Below are positions 14,451 to 25,800 of a stretch of DNA of 64,000 bases, piece after piece. Made by a program: the position numbers and the translations under genes. How positions within the stretch are numbered: position 1 is the first letter of the stretch; the number at the start of each line of letters is the position of its first letter. Under the pieces are notes generated by a model. It worked only from the letters and a program-made list of their open reading frames with translations, was not told where the DNA came from and made no database searches. The stretch comes from Schmidtea polychroa. Lineage: Eukaryota. Where the stretch lies: the NCBI GenBank assembly GCA_044892525.1, contig CM097886.1, forward strand, positions 69,812,001 to 69,876,000, read 5' to 3'.

Positions 14451-15786
14451 TAAGATTTTCGGTGTATTGGTGGCTTTTATATTTTGGATTTTGTTGTAAA
14501 GAAAGATTACGAAATATGAATAAAATTCGTTATTGGTTTTAAAATAACATTTTGTTTACAACTATAAATATTACAAAATTGGCCCCAGGAGCGAACAAGC
14601 GGTAAACGCAGGCGATTATGTGGATACATGACCAGGTTAAAAGAGACGATATCGAGATCCATGCGCTGAAGTACCGGATTCAACAGTTTGAGGCCGCCTG
14701 AAATCAGCGAGTCAACGAGACCCAAGAGATCACGCGCATCATGCTAGGTTTGCCTACTGAATTATTCCCCACAGACCCAAATAACGAACAGGCAGTTGTT
14801 GCTCAGGACTGAACATTTCCAGTTTCATCAAAAGTCAATGAAAAATACCTTGTTATGGAACACCATCAAATCAATTGTAAAAAAATTTTCATTGAAAACT
14901 GAATTTTAGGATTGTAATTTCTGAAAAGAACGTTAATGTTGAAATCTGTATATTGCCAAATTTAATAAATAAAAGGTTTTGTGAAACGAAAAATGATGGA
15001 ATAAAGGCTGTGACAAATATAAAAATGTTCAGGTTCTCATTTTTTTCATATCGAAAATTTTCTAATGTGAAAAAGAAAATTCGCAAAATATTTTTCAATT
15101 ATAGTTTGTTGCAATATTTCCTATTTGTAATTTATTTTCCCACCAAAAAAACTCTCAGTAGCCCGGATGAAAATCGCTATGTAATTATTAATTATTATTA
15201 AAAAATAGTGTTAAAAATCTAATTTTAATAAATAAAATAAATACGTTCACTGTCAGATTTGAACCTTGATGTTCCGAGTTCACACAAAATGTACATTTTA
15301 AATCTTATTTATAAAATTTGCAAATTAAATAAAGTTTAAATGATAAAAAAATAAAACTTGAAAATATACGAAATATATAATATTTAATAAAAGGTAAGAT
15401 TGCGCCCGTGGTCAAAGATGAGTTTTGATCAAATTCAATTTCATAGAAGTAACCAACAGGCTATGCTTACCAATTACAATTCTTAAATTATTACTATTAA
15501 ATGACAATAAAATGTTCTACTACTGATATTTGTCAATAGTACATTAAATTCAATTTTTTATTATTTTTATTAATTTTATCAATTATTATTATTACTGTTG
15601 ACTTTTAATAAAAATGCTTGATAATGAAAGTCTTATAATATTTATAATAAAGTATTTAGAATACACTAAACTCTCTCTATAAGGTATTCCTCTTTTATGG
15701 TTAGGTTTTTGTAAAGAATTTACCATATAGAGAATTTGTAACATTTTTTTATATATTATAAGAAATCACCACTCAAACATTCGTTT

Positions 15787-15824
15787 CACGATATATTTCG
15801 ACAGTTTCCTGTCATCATCAGGTA
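15787..15824 (-). ncRNA. Minimal type I hammerhead core (Penelope-like LTR type), weak stem I
   Basis: Minus strand reads UAC-CUGAUGA-U-GACAG(GAAA)CUGUC-GAAA-UAUA-UC^GUG: palindromic AUAUAU stem III, only 3 bp of stem I. It sits next to a PLE RT fragment. Confidence 0.65.
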
Positions 15825-15934
15825 GGATATAATAAGTATAGAAATTATTGAATTTTGAACAAATTTATTAGTTATTTTAATTATATAAAATTTTTTGATA
15901 AAAATATTTATTCTTTTAAAACTATAATTTCGAG

Positions 15935-16035
15935 AATTTCAATTTGCTACTTCAAAAATAAATTTTCTTTCCAATAATGAATGGTATCAACAAATAGATG
16001 GAGTTGCTACGGGTTCTCCTTTAGCACCAGCGATG
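15935..16035 (+). mobile_element. Penelope-like element reverse transcriptase fragment
   Basis: FATSKINFLSNNEWYQQIDGVATGSPLAP matches the PLE RT motif Y.Q.DGVAMGSPLAP. Confidence 0.75.
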
Positions 16036-18288
16036 ATCTCAATTTTTTGGCAAGTTTAGAAAAGAAAATTGCATATTTCCAATTGTTGGTGTGGGTGAAT
16101 CTGATGAGTTAAATAAATTAAAGTGTTTGAAAAGATGAGCCTTAATTTGTGTTGGTACTGTATTATAAAGGGAAGGTAAGCAAATTGATGTAAAGTACGC
16201 AATATCAAACATTTTTATTAAAAGTCAACAGTAATAATTGATAAAATTAATAAAAATAATAAAAAATTGAATTTAATGTACTATTGACAAATATCAGTAG
16301 TAGAACATTTTATTGTCATTTAATAGTAATAATTTAAGAATTGTAATTGGTAAGCATAGCCTGTTGGTTACTTCTATGAAATTGAATTTGATCAAAACTC
16401 ATCTTTGACCACGGGCGCAATCTTACCTTTTATTAAATATTATATATTTCGTATATTTTCAAATTTTATTTTTTTATCATTATTTAAACTTTATTTAATT
16501 TGCAAATTGTATAAATAAGATTTAAAATGTACATTTTGTCTGAACTCGGAACATCAAGGTTCAAATCTGACAGTGAACGTATTTATTTTATTTATTAAAA
16601 TTAGATTTTTAACACTATTTTTTAATAATAATTAATAATTACATAGCGATTTTCATCCGGGCTACTGAGAGTTTTTTTGGTGGGAAAATAAATTATAAAT
16701 AGGAAATATTGCAACAAACTATATTTGAAAAATATTTTGCGAATTTTCTTTTTCACATTAGAAAATTTTCGATATGAAAAAAATGAGAACCTGAACATTT
16801 TTATATTTGTCACAGCCTTTATTCCATCATTTTTCGTTTCACAAAACCTTTTATTTATTAAATTTGGCAATATACAGATTTCAACTTTAATGTTCTTTTC
16901 AGAAATTACAATCCTAAAATACAGTTTTCAATTAAAATTTTTTTTACAATTGATTTGATGATGTTCCGTAGTAAGGTATTTTTCATTGACTTTTGATGAA
17001 ACTGGAAATGTTCAGTCCTGAGCAACAACTGCTTGTTCGTTATTTGGGTCTGTGGGGAATAATTCAGTAGGCAACCCCGACATGATGCGCGTGATCTCTT
17101 GGGTCTCGTTGACTTGCTGATTTCAGGCGGTCTCCAACTGTTGAATCCGTTACTTTAGCGCATGGATCTCGATATCGTCTCTTTTAACCTTGTCATATAG
17201 CCACATAATCGCCTGCGTTTACCGCTTGTTCGCTCCTGGGGTCGACTCCATCTCACTGCATCGGTTCTTTAACTGCTACGCTTCCAGACGTTGGGTCTCT
17301 AATAGCTGAAGGTAGCCTTTAGTTCGGGCCGGAAATCCAGCGCATGATAAAATAATAATTAACGGTGTCGTATGGCTATAACTTACTAGTATAGTTACTC
17401 AAATATATTAATACTATATTAATAATTTTTAACAATATTCACCAGTTTCCCTTAGCTAGCTGACTGCCTTGAATCTTATCGGGTTGTCCCCAACGGTTTA
17501 TTGTTCCATCGGTCCATTGCAGCGCTCGTCACACCCAAACACTCATTATACCACAAGACTTAGCACATCATACTGCTCATCACCGTTGACATGTCCCGTG
17601 ATATTTGCCTCCAGATAGAATTAACTAAATAATTAATAAAATCATTATTAGTCCTATTAAAATTCTTAACGACCATAACCACAACAAGCATCTGCGATGA
17701 TCACTCCTTCTGAGTTGCCAACACTCAATGGTTGTACTGTGCATATTGAAAAACACTCTGGTCATATAGGATTGTCATATAGCCACATAGGATTGGTGGA
17801 TTTCTTGCTTCATTGCCATCTGATAGATGGGCCAAGTCCCCATCTGTACTGGCCAAAGTGCCGGATAGAATCTTCTCCCCCAGCTTGCAAATGTGCGCGA
17901 AGGCTCGTGGGCGACTCCCATGAATTCATTTGAGCCAGACGGGTCAGGTTAGTTACCTGTTTCCGCTTTACGATTACCGCTGTCAATTTGTTATTCACTG
18001 TGAGACAGTTGGTATTACTCATAGTCGAGTCTGCTAACGTGCAGACCTAGGTTTCATTTCTCCCCTCGAAAATTGACCTATGCGCAACGTTTGATCTTGA
18101 GTTTCGCAAACTGCGGGTATGATTGGAGGCTCCGGTAGTCTCACAAATTAAATTAAACCAATACCTGCTTATCATCCTCATCGAAAACAACAATCCGGCA
18201 CCCGCCCTCTTTCCGGTTAAGTTAATATAAATGAGTCTGATGATATAAATCAAATCTGATGAAAAATGAGTCCTATGAAAATCTTCGT

Positions 18289-18790
18289 AATAATAATAAT
18301 AAACAGTTTATTTTAATACAAAGGCCCATTATGGGCTACAAATGTCCTGATGGGCTTAAAGAGAATCTAATGATCGATCTTTCAGCCGAGTAATATATTT
18401 CATTCTTTGGCCAAGGCATATCTGTCTTATGCTGGTTCATTATAATCTATTTGGGCGTAGCTACATGTTTGCAATATATTTTATGACTAGACATCATTAC
18501 TGCTTTTATTGATACTTTTACCAGTGTTTTTATTTCAGTTTTGTTTAGGCCTATTTTTTCATAATTATATCATTCATTCTATCCCTGCTGCCTAGGGTTC
18601 CAATAACCAGAATTGATATGGTTGTCAAACATTTTTGGATTTTCATCATTTTGTCACAAATATCTTTATATTTCTGAAAATTTCTATCTTTTGCCTTTCT
18701 AAAATTTTCTTTGTCTTCGGTCGAATTAGTAAATCTGGCCTTATAAATGTATTAATTCCCTCGGGCAGCATCTTCACACAGATATTAAAT
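18289..18790 (-). mobile_element. 3' end of a restriction-like endonuclease (R2/NeSL/R4-type) non-LTR retrotransposon
   Basis: RPDLLI, then (frameshift) AKDRNFQKYKDI...ILVIGTLGS; 3' UTR ends in a (TTA)n tail. Confidence 0.55.
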
Positions 18791-19769
18791 ATTCAGACAC
18801 AGCTACAAAATTAATTAAAAAATTCGTTACCGAATGTCCGTTTTGCTTAGATTTTCAAGAAAAATGTCTTAAATTTCAAAATATGGAATTGAGTCTAATT
18901 TCTTTAACAAAGTTTTGTATATTTGTTTTAATTCTCTTTCGGATAATTTGTTCATGACAAAACCCTCGCCGAAAGATTTATTTTGCATTTTGACCAACGC
19001 ATCAAATTAAAACATTGTGATAAATGTTATGCATCCTTAATAAAAGTTTAATTGACTTGCTTAATATTTATAAACAATAAAACGTTATCCTCAAAAATTA
19101 AGTCATTTAAAATAGGATTAAGTGAAAACAATTATAATATTAATTTAATGTCATTAATAGCTTCGCCACAACATTTATTTAGATTGCGTTTTGATAATAG
19201 AAATTCTTGAGTTCGAAGGACAAAATACATTTAAAATTATAAGACAAAGTTTTGTAGAGAATATAATTCTGTAAAAAATCCGACAATTCTGAAATTCCTA
19301 CTATGTTAGAAATTCTCTTATTCTTATGAGCTCATATCCCATTACTTTATGAATCGAATCTTTATTCTTCTCTAACAGAAAGAATTCCAAAATGAATGCT
19401 AAATTGGAATTTCAGAATTTAATATTTATTTTTTTTAATTTTCTGGCATTGGTCATTAACTATGGAGAATCGATGGGGATATTTTCAATTATTAGGAATA
19501 TTTTGCAAAATATGGGAAATGGACAAATAAAAAGAATTAAAACTAACAACGAAAATAGTCACATCAATAATAATTGACATTCAATATCAATAAAATAAAA
19601 AAATTAGAAAAATCAATAAACAAAACAAAATGTTTGACTCCTGAATTGTGCTACGGAGTGAATGTGAATAAAAAATTAAGACAAAAATTCAAAATATAAA
19701 TTAATGAAACAGAAACAGAAATGTGAACGCAATCAAGTTATATATACAAAGGCATGTAAAATTCTGGCT

Positions 19770-19895
19770 TTAATTCTTGTCACCAAACAGTTCCGGATGA
19801 GTGGAAATATGACCCTGTCGAATTGATTGGTACTTATTACGCAGCATTTCTAGTTCTCTTTCTTTTGCAACTATATCTGCTTGAGCTTGAATAAC
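19770..19895 (-). CDS. TLN: Talin exon 41 (dimerisation helix, stop)
   Basis: VIQAQADIVAKERELEMLRNKYQSIRQGHISTHPELFGDKN*. Confidence 0.95.
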   Translation of the reverse strand, partial: VIQAQADIVAKERELEMLRNKYQSIRQGHISTHPELFGDKN

Positions 19896-22800
19896 CTGAA
19901 AGGTAAAAAGAGAATAATTAAAAAATAATCAATATTTCAATGGAAATTGTAGAAATTTACATTTCTCATGGAATTAACCATGCTCTTGTTGGTTCCATCG
20001 TAAGTGTATGGAATGGAGCCATCTTGAACATCTCTGTGTTCACTAGCCTCCTTCACTAGGGCTTCTGTTGCTCGTTTAACAGCAGACCCGGCTGCTTGTA
20101 ATCTTTGGTTAGTTTTCGAATCGGCATCAGATTTTACTTGACATGCCAATAACAAATGAGCTGTCCCGGCAGCAACCTGTTTAGAAGCTGATATCAGGCG
20201 ATCTGTACCACATCGACCTTGAACAACAGCTTTTGCACTATCACTGAGATTTTCTGTTGCTGCTGCTACTAATCTGGCCTGAAACAGATTTTCGATGTTA
20301 TTATTATTATTATTGATAAGTAAAATCTATTTCAATTTACCGCTGATATCAATCCATGACTCCACTGAGTTTCATTTTGTTCTGATATATTTTCACTCGG
20401 TTTCAGTCGACCTTGAGAAACTAATTCTTGTTGAGATAATGACGCCATTCTGACTAAATGTGAGGTTGCACTGACTATTGAACCACATGCAACAATAATT
20501 TGCCCATCAAATGTATATTCTTCCCCAGTATCTTTCTAAAATTTTATATCAAAGTTTCAAACAAGGCATGAGGAAATGTTGACGATATTAACTAAGTCAG
20601 GTAAAAATAAATATAACTATTAATGACATTAAATTAATATTATAATTGTTTTCAGTTAATCCTATTATAAATGACTTAATTTTTAAGGATAACGTTTTAT
20701 TGTTTATAAATATTAAGCAAGTCAATTAAACATTTATTAAGGATGCATAACATTTATCAAAATTGTAGTTGTAGGGTAAATATAATATTATAAGAACTTT
20801 TTAATTTCACCTCTTATCTTTTTTCAATTGACATTCTTAATAACTAATCAAATTCAGTTAAAAAAGGCTGTTGCGAAAATTGATGAATATAAAAAACATC
20901 GATATCTTTACTGATTCTTAGTCGATTCTTTAATAAATCTAATAAATTATATAACATATTTCCTTCTTAACACAGTTTTTTTATTTGAAAAGAATATCTG
21001 AACTATCCAAATTTAATCCGAGATATTGTCACTGAGCAAACTCTATATATATATATATATATATAGTGCTAGGAATCTAATTGTGACAATGGTGAATTAT
21101 CAACGGGAGTTATGGGAATAAATGCTGTGGGTGATTAATGATCATGAAGTATCACCGCAGAAAAGAGAAATTGCGGTGGCATGCTGAAATATATCTATAG
21201 CATTTGACGTCACAGCCAGACAAGAACGGACAGATTGACTAATGATTGCAATCCAGACAAAGCAAGAGTGAATAATCAAAATGTGGGTGTTCCNNNNNNN
21301 NNNNNNNNNNNNNNNNNNNNNNNNNNNNNNNNNNNNNNNNNNNNNNNNNNNNNNNNNNNNNNNNNNNNNNNNNNNNNNNNNNNNNNNNNNNNNNNNNNNN
21401 NNNNNNNNNNNNNNNNNNNNNNNNNNNNNNNNNTTTTCGTGGTTTAAGCAAAGCTATTTTTTTTGCTGCCGTTTCGATTTGTGTAGCCGCTTCCAGCAAT
21501 TCGTTCTCTGCAATAGCACAGTGACTATTCGGATCATCTTGATCAGCCAAATGTGTGTCTTCAGTAATCTTATTTATATAGTAATATTAGAAATTTGTTT
21601 ACCCTTGAGCTGTGTGGCGGATTCAGTAATTTCGTGAATCGAATGGGCGATTCGCCGAGAAGCAAGAGTCATTTGCATTTTATGTGATTCATTTTTCTTG
21701 CCTTCTGCCACACTTTTATTTAAATTTTCATACATGTCAATAAGGGCTTTGACTGCACTTTTACCATGTTCGACTATTTTAATTGAATTGTCCTTCACTG
21801 ATTCAGCGGTTCGTCGATCTGGATCAGATACAATTGGTGCTTTTTCACTGAAAATCCTTGATGGTTTAGATTTTTCTTCTTTTAACTTCATATCAATTGT
21901 AACTCTTATATGATGAACTAAATCTGTAACTGCTTTCCGACCAACATTTGCCGCCATAAGTATCTGGAAGTAAAGAAAATAACGCTCATGATTTGCGGTT
22001 AAAATTTGATAATAAATTGATAATTTTATTAATTTTAACAGTTTAATTGAAATTCAACATTGTTCCATAAGATGTTGATTATTTTAAACAATATAGAAAT
22101 ATTCAATTAAAAAGCTTAATTTTAATTTATTCATTGTTTTATGGGACACAAAATGAATGCAGATTTCTATTGTGAACAGTTTGACTATCATATTGTCACA
22201 CAACAGCAACCGTGTATACCATCGAGGATATCACAACATTCACCTCTTTCATGACAATGTCACTCCAAAACCATTGAAAAACGACTACAGATTTAAAACA
22301 TTGGCTTTCAAACCCTCCATATAAAACTTCGCTTCGTTCAATTTTGATTGTTTTCACTTATGAAATTCAATCTCCGAGTAAAAAAGCTAAAACAGTTCCG
22401 AAGAAATCAATACAAATATCCAACATTGGTTTCATTCAAAACCATTTGATTTCTTCTCGGATTGTATTCCAAAATTACAAGAAGTTTAAAGGAAGTGTAT
22501 TCAGTTAGAATTAAGAAATTAAGGTTATTTTTATAAAGGTTTCTTCCTCTGACTGAAACCCTATATTTCTGGATGAAACTGGGTACAGTCTCCATACATT
22601 CAGAATACTTGGTTATTTCCCGAAAGACTACACCACCTTTACCGAAGTCCCAACTAATCGAGAAAGAAATATTAATATACTTGCCATAATCTCCGTAGAA
22701 AGTACTTTAGCAAATTACTTTAATACTACAATTTTTCTAGCAATTTTACAAGAATGCTAAAATTTAAAATTATTTACTAGTGGGAAAAGATAATAATGGA

Positions 22801-25800
22801 CAATGTTAAATTCCATACCTCTCCAACTACCCAGAACTGCTTTTCATGGGGAAATATTCTGCGCAACTACTTAACTTTCTATTGTCCACAACTAAACCCA
22901 ATCGAGATATTTCCTTCTTTAAAAACCGGTATCATGAAATAAGACTTCTTGCACAAAATTCTGATGATATCATTAATTATGTTGAGAGGACAACCCAATG
23001 AATGAATGGTGAATGTAGTATATGTTAATAAAATAATTATCGTAATATGTGGCGCTTCTTGGATTTAGCGTTCACTGAAAAAAAATCCGATAGAATTTAA
23101 ATTACGGAGTATTTATTGTCTTTTAATAAAACTTATTCTTATCATTTTATTATATTATATCAACTAAGACTACTTAATATATTGGAATTATTAATATGTC
23201 AAGTGTATCAAGTAATGGTCTAAATAGAATTATTTGTAATTTCAATAAATGATTTACAATTCTCGATAGCTTGTGTTGATCAATACAATAATAAACATGA
23301 GTTACAGGTCATCTGTTTACCCTTTTTATTAATATTCAAAAAAAACAAATATTTGTTTTTATTGTAAAAAATCAATCACAATAAGATTCTTATGTTGTAT
23401 TTTAGTGCTTTCTTTTTAGTTTTTAATGCTCTATAAAATGATCCTTTAAGTGCCGTTGGTTCATTTACCTCGTCAAAACAATGTAACACATTTTGAAGGT
23501 GTACGAAAACAAAAATTATATAAAATATTTTTTCGACAAACGCAAAATATAGAACGTATTTATTGTCATTTTATTATTCGTAACCTTTTATAAGCATCAT
23601 CTGTCAAGACAAATTTAATGCTTAAAAACTTTATATTTCTCCATAAGTCCTTCATTGCTAAAAATATTAATAAGTAATCATGTTAGCATTGTATCTCATT
23701 TTAAGGCAAATATTAAAAAAGATTTAACATAAAAAATCTAAGCTTACATCTTCCTGCTTAAATGTTTGAACTGCAACGATTGCTTTCTGTGATGCCAAAA
23801 TCAGAGGCTTAGTCATCAGAATCAAATTTTCAACAGAGTAAATTTTATCTGAAGAAGCTGTAACATTATCAGCGCCAACATTGATTTGTGAATATTCTCC
23901 TTCTAATGTCTTTTAAATCAAATTTTCCAATCAAATTTGTATACCTTGGATTTTAGAGTTAAGTACCTCATCACCGTCAGGAATCCAATTTTCTAGTGTG
24001 CGGTATTCTTTACGCATAGCTTCAAGGGATGTTTCTAAAGCTCTAGTACCTCTTAATCCTGAATCTTCTAAACTTTTAACGCTTTTGATTAAACCATCAA
24101 CACTTTTCACCATAGTTTCTAAACTACTCTTCAGATTAGATCTAGAAATTGTTTTTTAATTTAATGTTTTGAAGTGTAAAGTTAAAATTATAATAAATTA
24201 ATATCTTAACCCTTTGAGGGCGCCGTCTTGAGAGCGAAATTCGACTCTAGTCCACTAAATGCCAAAAACTTCTAGTTTGCCCCAATATAATCTACAGCTT
24301 GTAATAGTTGTCAAAATAGCCATATTTTTAATTATACGTCAATTTAGGAAAAATTCATTTTTTATGGAAAAATTACACCTTTGGGGGAATAAAAAATTTT
24401 GAGCCCGTCGCCTCAAAGGGTTAAAAATGTTACCTTTTTTGAAATTTAGTAATAATGAAGATATCAATGATAAATAATAAAAATAATAATAATAATAAAT
24501 CGTTTTAATACCTATCCCGTTCTTTATCAGTAGTGGCCGTGACATTCATCTTAGTGCAATTAAAGAAATCTACTAGTGCAACAGCGACATCACGAACCGC
24601 ATTTAATAATAATGTCTGAGCACTGATGCATTCATCGCTCATTTCAGGCAATCCTAAAAGAGATGGATTCGACCCAATTGCTGAAGCACTGCTTTTAACG
24701 ACTTCACATAGTTGATTTGCGCGTCGAACAGCATTATCTGTTGCCATTGCCAAATTTTCTTGTTTCCCATCAACTGATATAACCTACATATTATTTCTAC
24801 AATAAAACTGGTACAAAAAATTTTAATTTAAATGTACCCTTTGGTACTATAAAAATATTTTAAAAAAGCAGTGTCAAAAGTAACCATCAACTGAAGAGAA
24901 GCAAAAATGAATTCATTAGAAAATAATAAAAAAGAGACTAGGTTAATGGAGAATGAAGAAATAAGAGGTAAGTAAATGCTTACTAATATTTCACTTACTA
25001 GTGGGAAATGAAATTGAACTGAATAGGGAAACATTTGTATGAAAATGCGTGCGTGATTATGATAAATGTCCCCTGAGATCTTATTGTAAATATGAAGTAC
25101 GATAACAAATTTAGTATAGATGTTTTTAATTTAATTTATGGTAATAACCAAAAGTTACAATGAAGAAGTTCCTTACTTAAGCTGCAAGTTGAAACGAGAA
25201 AAATCAAGGAACAAATTTTTAAATATTTAAATTTTTAAAAGAATGTATAAATTGTTATAATTGTTTAAATGCATGAAAATATAAAATGAAATTAAAAAAT
25301 ATAAAAAATTCCTCACATTAAAAAGTGCATTATTACAAAAACCAACATTAAAATTATAAATTAATTAAATAAAAATATTTCTAACCATTTTCTGCAAATC
25401 TGATACTAATGATTTTGTAATTTTAAAAATGTCTTCTTTGATTTGTGCAACAGAATTCGGTTTATTTTGATCGTTTTCACAGTTAATCAACGAAAGTGCC
25501 AAAGTACCGGAACCAACAAATAAAATTGCTGTATCCAAATCGGCAACCATTTCGTTAACGGAATTTGCAGCAACAATACAACATTGAGTTCCACGTGAAT
25601 TAGATTGCAGAAGATACATGAGATCCGTGAGTCGACTTTTCACTTGTCCAATAAATTCCTTTTGGTCATATCGGATTAAATCCATACATGATTGGCCAAC
25701 AGCCTTTATAAAAAATTCTGATTAATGAGGTTTAACAAACAGCTTGATATAACACGATCATTTTCCATTTGAAATTGTTATATGAGTTAGGTCATTAGGG

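Larger units (their letters stand above)
14583..17241. repeat. ~1.04 kb inverted duplication (arms 14583-15623 and 16203-17241) around a ~580 bp PLE-containing spacer
   Basis: The arms are reverse complements. The mirrored 82-aa ORFs at 14953-15201(+) and 16622-16870(-) differ at only 2 residues. Confidence 0.95.
19018..20759. repeat. 143-bp inverted repeat pair (19018-19160 / 20617-20759) bracketing talin exons 39-41
   Basis: tgataaatgttatgcatccttaataaa...aatgtcattaatag has its reverse complement at 20617-20759, with few mismatches. Confidence 0.9.

Noticed and set aside
14889-16958. Mirrored ORFs 14889-15098, 14953-15201, 16622-16870 and 16725-16958 as duplicated genes
   Set aside because: AT-rich F/I/K/N text with no domain; they are by-products of the inverted duplication.
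23945-23967. Alternative talin exon 35 donor at GAT GAG|gtactt (23966)
   Set aside because: It is phase 0, but the next exon needs phase 1; the donor at 23944 fits.
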